IMG/VR virus record: IMGVR_UViG_3300021356_000011
Coordinates: 10,606 to 74,605 of that record
Reading direction: 5' to 3' (one strand)
From: a virus
Length of the DNA: 64,000 nucleotides
The notes beneath the pieces were generated by a model. It searched no databases, had not been told where the DNA came from, and saw only the letters and a program-made list of their open reading frames with translations. A program made the translations under genes and the position numbers. Shown here one piece after another: positions 28,631 through 38,200 of this stretch (the first letter of the stretch is position 1; each line of letters opens with the position of its first letter).

Positions 28631-29044
28631 ATGGCAGTAGTCGGCAACTTTGATCGTAGCCGATACCTAAGCAGAGCTGAGATATGTGATTTCCTGACAA
28701 GGATGACAGGCAAGGTGATTACACCAGAGCTAGTTACTGCTTGGTGCAAAGGTACGATGACGAGGAAGTATAGCGCCGTGAAGCATAATGGCGTTTACTA
28801 TCTTCCAGACAAGGAAGTGATAAAGATCATGCACGACATAAGGAGTGGTGATCAGTTAGTTACGATAACATCTGAGAAAGACGATATAGCTTTACGAAGA
28901 AATGCTACGCACATTGATATAAAAGTATCAAACAAGGCAGTAAAGGAATGTGCAAGCAAGGTTGTGAGCCATATCAAACCTGTGTTTTACAAGTGTTTCA
29001 TCGATAAAGTTAAAAGCGGGGAAGATTTAGATGAAGTCAGATGA
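28631..29044 (+). CDS. Putative HTH DNA-binding protein
   Basis: YLSRAEIC...ITPELVTAWCKG resembles an excisionase/MerR-like HTH. Confidence 0.45.
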   Translation: MAVVGNFDRSRYLSRAEICDFLTRMTGKVITPELVTAWCKGTMTRKYSAVKHNGVYYLPDKEVIKIMHDIRSGDQLVTITSEKDDIALRRNATHIDIKVSNKAVKECASKVVSHIKPVFYKCFIDKVKSGEDLDEVR

Positions 29045-29366
29045 AAGCCAGCAGGCACTAATTGACCTGCACAGGAGCATGACGGATCGATGCTTAAGTA
29101 CGATGATTGCCAAAAACAACGATTACGCTAACCCAGAGCATGCGAGGAATCCATTTGCAAACTTTGATGCGAGTCGTGTGTTTGGTATTCACCCTGCAAT
29201 GGGTGTGCTATTGAGGGTTCAGGACAAGCTTAAGAGGATCGAGTCATTCGTGAGAAATGGTGAGCTTTCCGTGAGTGAAGAGTCGTGGATGGATTCATGC
29301 GAGGATGTGATTAATTACATGGTCTTGATGGCTGCGATTCTGAAGAGGGAAGCTGATGACGAATAA
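29031..29366 (+). CDS. DUF1599/Nmad1-like nucleotide-modification-associated protein
   Basis: KNNDYA...PFANF...RVQDKLKRI...DS..D.INY motifs. Confidence 0.75.
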   Translation: MKSDESQQALIDLHRSMTDRCLSTMIAKNNDYANPEHARNPFANFDASRVFGIHPAMGVLLRVQDKLKRIESFVRNGELSVSEESWMDSCEDVINYMVLMAAILKREADDE

Positions 29367-29589
29367 TCTCACACATGTGATGTCAGTAGCTGAAGGTCTT
29401 GAGGTCAAAGGCGAACTCGTTGCAAGAACGACGTTAGTGGCTTGTGCCCTTGAGATATCGGAATTGCGAAAATATATGGTTCAACTACTTGATGGTAAAA
29501 TAGAGGAAAAGAAGTTGCCTCGTTCCTTGCAGGACAGCTTAGAGCAGATACGGGAGGACGAAAAGCGAGCAACGTACTGCCGCCGCTAA
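29356..29589 (+). CDS. Hypothetical protein
   Basis: Coupled ORF. Confidence 0.5.
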   Translation: MTNNLTHVMSVAEGLEVKGELVARTTLVACALEISELRKYMVQLLDGKIEEKKLPRSLQDSLEQIREDEKRATYCRR

Positions 29590-29626
29590 ATGTCTGCTGG
29601 GTTGAATGCGCAACCTGGGAGCCAGT

Positions 29627-29902
29627 ATGAGAGTCAAGATACTATCGAAGTGCTGGACATTTATAAGAGTCAAGGATTTGTACACAGAGGGAGGGGCTTA
29701 TGGTCAGATAGAACATCCAGGCAAGAAAGGGAAAACCCTTAAGGTGGATGATTCTTTGACCAACCGTCATGAACTAGAGATTATCATCCATGAATTCTTA
29801 CATGGGGCTGATTGGTCTAAAGACGAAGAATGGATTGAAGAAACGTCAGAAGACCTGTCTCGTTTTTTGTGGAGATTGGGATACAGAAAATGCGAGTCTT
29901 AG
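29627..29902 (+). CDS. Minimal zincin-like (HExxH) protein
   Basis: IIIHEFLH followed by EE. Confidence 0.7.
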   Translation: MRVKILSKCWTFIRVKDLYTEGGAYGQIEHPGKKGKTLKVDDSLTNRHELEIIIHEFLHGADWSKDEEWIEETSEDLSRFLWRLGYRKCES

Positions 29903-30588
29903 CTGTTGGAGATATGCACCTCCCATTTGTGCATCCGATGTATTTGAGCTTTTGCCAAGATCTATACAAGCTCTGGTCATGCGACAAGGTGGTCCTGATC
30001 GGAGATGTTGTGGATGCTCATGCTTTGTCTTTCTGGGATACAGATCCCAATGGACTATCAGCAGAGCAGGAAGCAATACAGGTGTTAGATAGCCTGGAGG
30101 TCTGGAAGTCAGCGTTCCCTGGTGCATTGGTCTGCATTGGCAATCATGACGAAAGGCACTTCAGGAAAGCTAGGAAGTCTGGCATACCTGACAGGTATCT
30201 GAGAACTTATAATGAAATCTATGGCACTCCTACCTGGGAGTGGGACTTTGATCACCATGTAGATGGTGTTTTATATACCCATGGAACGGGATGTAGCGGC
30301 AAGGATGCTGCAATTAATCTAGCTATTCAGAAGCGTAGTAATATTGTGATGGGTCACACTCACACTTGGGGTGGTGTAAAGTATCATTGCAATGAGAGCA
30401 GTCGAATCTTTGGTTTAAACACAGGATGTGGTATTGATGTCTCGGCGTATGCATTTGCTTACGGTGCCCATCTGCCCAACCGTCCCACCTTGGGTGCAGG
30501 CATTATTATCGATGGCAAGGAAGCCTACTTCGAGCCAATGGCGATAAATGAGGGTGAGGACTACCACAGGAGCAAGCAGGATGGCTAG
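29890..30588 (+). CDS. Calcineurin-like metallophosphoesterase
   Basis: GDMH, GDVVD, GNHD, HG and GHTH motifs. Confidence 0.92.
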   Translation: MRVLAVGDMHLPFVHPMYLSFCQDLYKLWSCDKVVLIGDVVDAHALSFWDTDPNGLSAEQEAIQVLDSLEVWKSAFPGALVCIGNHDERHFRKARKSGIPDRYLRTYNEIYGTPTWEWDFDHHVDGVLYTHGTGCSGKDAAINLAIQKRSNIVMGHTHTWGGVKYHCNESSRIFGLNTGCGIDVSAYAFAYGAHLPNRPTLGAGIIIDGKEAYFEPMAINEGEDYHRSKQDG

Positions 30589-31648
30589 AGGCAATCGCTT
30601 ATTGCAGGCGGCAATCAACCTCGCCAAGTCTAAGAAGAAGCCTAATATCCCAGTATTTTCAATGCTTGGCAGTGAATTTGGTCCTGCTGGTCGTCTTCTG
30701 GGTGGGCTGATAGATGTCTTTCGTGTTGGAGGAAAGGTATCCCAGGAAGATGTCAGCCGCAGTAAAACGGTGATGGAAGAGGCTGGGTTGCCTTTAACGC
30801 CATCTGGGATTCGAGTGGTGGATCTCAGGGAATGGGCTTCCCAGCAGGGTTTGGATCCAGAGTCGCAGTTTCTAGTTGATACGGTTCCAGACTACAGAAC
30901 TAAGATGCTTTCTCCCAGTTCACCTGAAGAGCTACCTCCGACCAAGGGTGGATTACCTGGGCCAAGATCTAGAAAAGCAATTCCTGATATCGATACGGAT
31001 CGTGGAAGAGAGACCACTCCCCTAGTGAAGCGTGTTCGTCAGGTAGGAAGATCAGGGGCTTCCAGGCGTAGAACATCGACTCAGGACCAAGATCCTCAGT
31101 TTAATGACTATGTGCTTGGAGGATTGATGCCTCCTGGGCCAAGCGAGCCTGATGTGTTTGCCAATGAGCAGATATTCAAAAGCTCATCCAGCAATGTCTA
31201 TTCCATGGCTTACGATGAATTGCGAGGAATACTGTATGTGACCTACAAGGCTCCTGGGAGCATTGGGAGGGTGGGTGATATCAACTCATGTACAGGTAAG
31301 GAGTACACATATGCCATACGACCTGAAGAGCGAGGTCCAATGTATGCATATGGTGGGGCTGGCAATCCAGTCCCTAAAAGTGTTTGGGAGGAAGCTAAAT
31401 CCACAGCATCCGCAGGTAAGTTTGTTTGGGACAAGCTGAGGGTATGCGGGTCATTTACTGGTCACCAATATAAGTACACACTTGTCTCGCCAAGCATGAG
31501 TGGGTCACTATATATCCCTAGAAAAGCTGTTATTTACAGGGATCCAGAGACGAATGAAGGCAAGCTGGGCTTTAGGGTCAGAGCAGTGCCCACAGTTGGC
31601 AGAGGTAAAAGACCATACCTAACATCTGACGGTGACTATGTAACATAA
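30581..31648 (+). CDS. KTSC-domain protein
   Basis: SSNVYSMAYD...LYVTY...Y.Y..VP..VW.....ASAGKFVW matches a KTSC domain with an insertion. Confidence 0.7.
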   Translation: MARGNRLLQAAINLAKSKKKPNIPVFSMLGSEFGPAGRLLGGLIDVFRVGGKVSQEDVSRSKTVMEEAGLPLTPSGIRVVDLREWASQQGLDPESQFLVDTVPDYRTKMLSPSSPEELPPTKGGLPGPRSRKAIPDIDTDRGRETTPLVKRVRQVGRSGASRRRTSTQDQDPQFNDYVLGGLMPPGPSEPDVFANEQIFKSSSSNVYSMAYDELRGILYVTYKAPGSIGRVGDINSCTGKEYTYAIRPEERGPMYAYGGAGNPVPKSVWEEAKSTASAGKFVWDKLRVCGSFTGHQYKYTLVSPSMSGSLYIPRKAVIYRDPETNEGKLGFRVRAVPTVGRGKRPYLTSDGDYVT

Positions 31649-31680
31649 CTAGATTATGTCAACCAAAGCTAATTGTGTAG

Positions 31681-31710
31681 AATGCCCACCTAAGCCGTGG
31701 GCATTTTTTT
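31681..31710 (+). terminator. Intrinsic terminator
   Basis: AATGCCCAC-7 nt-GTGGGCATT followed by a T run. Confidence 0.75.
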
Positions 31711-31726
31711 GTTGGGGTTTGCCAAA

Positions 31727-32197
31727 GTGTATTACTCATACGAAGAAATAACCGCAGAGGACTGGGAAGAGTTTGCTGAGTGGGCATATGCAGAGAACTG
31801 CATTAGCCTGGAAGAGCTAGACAGTCTTCTAGATACCAAGAGGTATCGCTTTAGGGCAGTGCTTCGTTGCCATGAGAATGTCAAAGATAGTGACGACTAC
31901 TGCCTGTTTGTGACCTATAGCAGGAAGAGCAAGGTGATAGAGATTGGATCGTTCTTTACGATTGGTAGATTTTCACCTTCAGCATTTGCTTGCTTGATTA
32001 AGAGCTTCAAAGTTGACGCTCATCGTTACAGCAGAAGAGTTGAAATGGTTGTGTCTGATACAAACTCTCAATGTCACAACCTTCTAAAGAACATGAAGTT
32101 CAAGTCGCAGGCTGTTCGAGTTCCTGAATATGTAGGATCCGATGGCGTAACTAGCGAGCATCTATACAAATTCACCTACATCCCTGAGTCAAAATAG
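31727..32197 (+). CDS. Degenerate GNAT/RimI-like protein
   Basis: C-terminal V.MVVSDTN...H.LLK.M.F resembles GNAT motif B; start set downstream of the terminator. Confidence 0.4.
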   Translation: MYYSYEEITAEDWEEFAEWAYAENCISLEELDSLLDTKRYRFRAVLRCHENVKDSDDYCLFVTYSRKSKVIEIGSFFTIGRFSPSAFACLIKSFKVDAHRYSRRVEMVVSDTNSQCHNLLKNMKFKSQAVRVPEYVGSDGVTSEHLYKFTYIPESK

Positions 32198-32206
32198 GGC
32201 ATCCTT

Positions 32207-35200
32207 ATGTCTATCATCGTCAACGGCAAAGAGTATCCAGACGAGCGTTCGGTCCCAGAGCAGTATCGAATGCAGACCCAGATGGGAACACGGCAGCGAG
32301 ATCCTGGGAACTTCAGCCCAGACCTAGCTCCCAATGTAGGTCGCAGCGTATTACCGCATGTGACTACGTTCTCAGGCATGATGTCTACTCTTGCCAGGAC
32401 TTATCGTCAGCATGACGAGGCGATTAGGCACAATAAGCACAACGCAAATATGATGCGTCGTGACCCTATGATTATGGGTCCACTGTTTGCTCGACAGATG
32501 GCAGTGGCTTTGCTCCAATGGCAAGTGCAGCCAGAGGATAGTAGCGATGAGAAGCAGGTGCAGGTCGCTAAAGAATTGACCTTCATGGTTTCTCGCATTC
32601 CTCGGTTCCGAGAATACCTTCGTAACTTGATGGAAGCAGTTTGGTATGGTCGATATGGCATTCAAAATGTTTGGGGGTTCACTAGGGACAGTCGCGGTGT
32701 TCGTTATCGCACTGTTGTTGATTGGGTTCCCGTCAATGGTGACAAACTTTTGTTTCGTTATGATGATGGGACTGGGCGTTATGACCATGATGAAATTGGC
32801 GTCAAAGTCTCAGTAGCTCATGTCAAAGATGACATCTGGGCTGGTAAGCCTGACATTGAGTGGAACTCTGAAGGAACAGGTGTATTCCTTCGTCGATGGG
32901 AGCGTAGTCGTTTAGTCGTCCATAAGAACTTCATGATGGACGGTGACTACGAGGATCCAACCACCGCAGGCATGATCCATGGTGTTGGTCTTCGACACTT
33001 CTTGTATTGGTCTTGGTATCAGAAACAAGAGACTCTCGCTCAGCTTGCAGAAGTGGTTGAGCGAGCAGGTATGGGTTTCACTGTCTACACTTACCCTGCC
33101 GGTAATGCCCAGGCACGAGAAGAGGTCGAGCGTCTAGCAGAAGAGCAGGCACATAAGAATCAAATCGTGCTTCCAATGGAAGTGTCGAATCCTGATGCCT
33201 ACAGCATTCAACAGATCCCACCAAATACGCAAGGCATCATGGCTTTGCAGTCTTTGATTGATGACTACTTTGGTAGCTGGATCATCAAGTTCATCCTGGG
33301 TCAAACACTATCGTATCGAGCAGAAGCGGGTACGCCAGGAATCTCTGATCTGCATCGCGACAGCTTCTTGCAGATTGTGAAGTACGACAGTCTTGGTGTT
33401 GAAGAGACTGTCACCAAAGATCTGATTCGTATGCTGTTGATGTTCAACTTCCCTTCGTATCAGAACGTCAACTTCCAGTTCAAACTGAACACAGAAGAAG
33501 CAGTGCCATTAGAGAAACTGCAAGCACTGCAAGCTGCCTGGAGTATGGGGGCGAAGATTAAATCTGAAGACGTTATGGGTCTTATCGGATTGAATGTCGC
33601 AGGTGCCACAGATCAAGCTCTCTACAATCCTCAAGTTCTAGCATCACTCAAAGAGTACGAGATGATGGAAGAGCAACAGGAGAAAGAAGAGGAGGGTGGT
33701 CAAGGAACGCAGATCACTGAAAGCCAAGACGAAGCGTTGGCTGCAATGCTTGGTCCTGTCATGCAATCAAAGAGGTACTCCAAATACAGCAATGAAGATA
33801 ATTTTGATGTATTTGACGATGCTGATTTTGAAGGCAGTGCTGATGTTCCAATGCCTTCTACTGTCATGCCAACGGGAGAGCAAACAGAAGATCGCAAAGA
33901 GTTAAGGGATGAGTTTGATCCTAAGTTGGACCAAGTCAAGTCAGACGCCACTTTGCATCCAGAAAAGGAAGAGTTTTTCTCCGAGTCTAAAGTGCGTGAC
34001 AATGATGGCAAGCTGCTAGTTTTGTATCACGGTACTCCGAATGGAAAATTAGTCCAGCATGACAGAAGACTTTCGGGAGATCCAGATTTAGCTTCGCATG
34101 GTCAAGGTTATTATCACACTGACAACTTAGATGCGGCGAAAGATTATGCTCTTAATAGCGACGGAACAGGGGAAGCGAATCCCGCCGTACATGCTGTCCA
34201 TTTAAATATTAAAAATCCTTTTGATGTTAGCAAAGATGAGATTGATTCTAAAGACTTTATTAGTTGGTATAAAGGAACAACTGGGGACGCTGAATCTGCG
34301 AAGAAGATGATGCAAAAAATTGATGAGATGTCATCTAACGCAGGAAAAATTCCTAGTGACTATGAAAGTCTTAAAGCTTTAGGTGGAGGCACTCAAAAAT
34401 ATCTTTCGAGATACTTGAGATCAAAGGGGTTTGATGGATTGAAAGCACAGGGCAGTCATGGGCGTCCTGGTCAGCGTTCGATAGATCACACAATCTACAT
34501 GGCTTTCCACCCAAGTCAGATTAAATCGGTGAGCAATGTAACGCCATCTGGCGATCCAAGGATGGACTATGTCAAGGACGAGTATGCTAAGAAGAGCGAA
34601 AGCGGGAACTACAAGCCAACTAAGGGAATGATTGGCAATGCTAAGAGAGGCTTGGAACTACGCAAGAAGCACGAGAAGGGCGGGACCGCAGTAGGTGTTG
34701 CTCGTGCTAGAGATATTATAAATGGCAAAGACCTTAGCTTCTCTACCGTTAAACGGATGCACTCATTCTTTAGTCGCCATGCTGGGAACGAAGAGGGTGG
34801 TGAGGATGATGCTGGTTACATCGCATGGTTGTTGTGGGGTGGTGACAGTGGACGCAACTGGGCACGCAGTATTGTAGAGTCAGAGCGTAAAAACCAAGCT
34901 GGCGACGTTGACAATGAAGGTGATCCATCAGTCATTGATACGCCAGAGGAAGACCTGACGGAGCCTGCTCCACAAAGAAGAGGTGAGGACAGCCTCTTCG
35001 GTGCCATTGCCTCTGGTGCGATGGAGGGTGCAACTCGTGGTGCTGCTAGAAGACTGACTGGTCAACAGGGATTCCAGTTTGCTAAAGATGAAGATGATGA
35101 TGGTCTTCGCCAGGGCGGTTTGTTTGACGATGTGCCTGTTAAGGATGACTACATCCCCAAGAAGAAAGAGCCTAAAGCACCTAGCAACGAAAGGCAGGGC

Positions 35201-38200
35201 AGGCTTTTCTCTGAGGATGATCTGCACAATCTTCAGCATGATCTTGAACAAAGAAAGATGTTCGAGAAGAAGAATGATCCTGATCGTTACATGATGGATG
35301 AGGATGATCGCAAGGAACTTGAGGAGTATCTAAGTAAACAAGAAGAAGGTGATGCCAAGTTCTCTGATTCTGAAATAGAGATGAGGGAAGATCTTGAGCG
35401 AGATCTTAAGAGATACGCTAGTGTAATGCTTGAGAAGTATGGCGATGATGATGAAGACTATGCTGCTGCAACTTTCTTTCTTAAGAACTTAGATCGTTTT
35501 AAAGATTCAGAAGAGTTGCTTTCTTACATAGAAGAGTTTGGTACTGGATTTGATTACGACGAGATAAAAGATAAATGGGACCGAGGAATCTATCAGATAT
35601 CTGACCTTGGCGACTCTCCAAGTGAATTGATTGAGAAAGCCTTGGTTCATTTTGGTGAGACAGAAAATCCCAAACAGGCAGGGTATATCTTGCCTGATGG
35701 AACTATGCTTAACTTTGGCTCTGATGGAGTTAGGCATGAAGACCATCGCAGTATTGGTGTTGCATATAAGGAGCATCCTCACCCTGGAGATAAAGGGAAT
35801 GACCCAACGGCTTACATGAGCCATTTCATGGATCAGACAGGTGCGATTAGGTGGATGCCTTCAGCACCTGGACTTTCTTTGCATTCTGCTCCAACCAAAG
35901 CTCAGATGGATACGATTAATAGAAGTCTTGAACTTATGGGCTCAGAAGGTGAAGAGTTTTATTGGGACAGGGATGAGCATGACCCTAAAGGTGAAAAGGG
36001 ATATCCGTACAAGACAACGATGACTGGAGACAGTCTCTATTCTCTGCACGACGCTATCAATAGTGATTTTGACGAGGAGTTGATGCAAGAGAATGAGGAT
36101 TACAGCAAAGAACCAGAGCGTAATGCTATGGGTGCTGGTCCTCGTGATCACTCTCCTGAAGACTTTGATGTCACCGGAAAGCAGATCAATGGACAAGCTA
36201 CAGCCAACAGAGGCACAATGCCCAAGCAGGCAACTCAGTCTTCTATGCCATCTAAGGCAGACAAGGGATCTGTATCTACTAATCCAGTAAGCAAAACTGG
36301 AATGTCTTCCGATGCTACTCGCATGGATAGAGGTGCTTCTCTAGCCAACATGCGTGACAAGTTCATGAAGTATCGCAAGACCAAGCTGATTGAGATGCTT
36401 CAGCCATTTGTCCAGGAAGATCCTGACTTCTCGCTGACAGATGCACAGGGCAAGAAGCGTAGGACCAGCCTATTCAAAGCCGACAAGTATTCTCTTGCGA
36501 ACACTCTTGCGAGTAAGTATGCCGAGGGTGAAGACCCTTATGCGAGAACTAAACCGCTTGATAGGCATATCGATGGAGTAATTGAGTCTTACGTTGGTGA
36601 AGGCATGGGTGCTGAAGATAAGAAAGACTTATCAGACAGCCTGTACAACACTTGGCGGGATGTGCATAGTGAACATCAAGCTGACGTAAGTGATTTCAAT
36701 AAAAACTTAAACAGCTTAGCTCAGCAGTTTGGGTACGAAAGAGCAGAGGGTGCTTTTACTCGAAAGGCTAGGAGTGCAGAAGACGTTGATGCCATAAAGC
36801 GTCTAGATGAATCTCAGCAGGATTTAGTTAGAAACACAATTAGCTCTGCCGGGAAGCTTGGCCTTAAGGTTTCAGGAGGCGATGACATTGAGAAGGTCCA
36901 CTCTGCCCTTATGCATGGTCATCAAAAGCCACTTGGAAAAACGCATGATGATATTTGGAAAGAAGTCATACAGCGAGAAAGGCTTGACGAGTTCTCAAAA
37001 GAGCAGAATGAAGAGGAAGAAGTTCCGCCGATCACAGGAGAAGAAGCGGAGTCTTTACTTGAAGGTCAGAGAGCGGCTACTGAGCAACAGCTAGAGGAGT
37101 TTATCGAAGGCCAGGGTGCTGAAAAGCCAACTCCATCAGCAAATGAACCAGATGAGCCATATGGTTTGGAACCTACTGCTGATCCTGAAGTCCCAACTAT
37201 TAGAGTTGAAGGCGAACTTCCTGTGACAGTAGAGGAGAGCCCTTTAACTAAGATCACCGAATCTGCTTTAGGGGCAGAGAATATCAGGTCGTTCATGAGG
37301 GGCATTGGTAAGGATCTGGGAGGCATTAGTGTAGAGCATAAAAGGCAATGGTTGGAAGCTAATGATATAGAGCCAAAGAATATTCAGAGTGAAAAGACTC
37401 TTAACTCAATGATCCGCAAATTCATTCGAGAGAAGGCTGAGTCTAAACCTGAAGAAGAGCCTACTCAGCAAGAGTTGTCATTGCAGCCAACCCCAGAGCC
37501 TGTCAAGCCAATCCAGCCTACGCAGGCACAGCTAGACATGGTTCAAGACTTGATCAAGTCGGAGGAGACTCCTGATAAGCTTCAAGGATTCATTAACGAA
37601 TTGAAGGGTGCTGCTGAGTCAGGTGATGCGAAGTCTCTCAATGACATCTTAGAAGAGCGTGATGAATTTGCTTTTGATAAAACCTTGGTGACTGATCCAG
37701 AGCGTCTTGAGTCTCTCAATGTTTGGATCGACAGTATTGAACAGACTGCCAAGACTGGAGATATGGATGCTGTCAAATCTCTTGCTTCTGGTGAAGAGCC
37801 TGTCAGCATGAGGGCTCTGGATGAAGAGAAGGAAAAGCAGATAGCCCAAGGCCAGCAGGAAAGAGAAAAGCGAGCCGCTCAAGAGAAGCAGGAAGCAACC
37901 TTCCAGCAAAACAGGCAGCGATATTGGGATCAGGTGGGTGAAGAGGAGGGGATGAAGCGGATCCTTGACTTCATCGTATCTGATCAGGCACCTGATAAGC
38001 TTGAGGGATTTGTCAACAAGCTAAAGGAAGCTGCGGATAGTGGAACTACAAGCGACTTAATTTCTGTTTTGGATGAGTGGGAGCAGACGGAAGAGGATAT
38101 TGTTGATCCAGGAGTGAAGCAGGAAGATATCCCCCTGGAACGCAAAAACGATCTCAACGACTGGATAGGTTCTATTGAGGGGCTTGTCAGGTCAGGAGAT

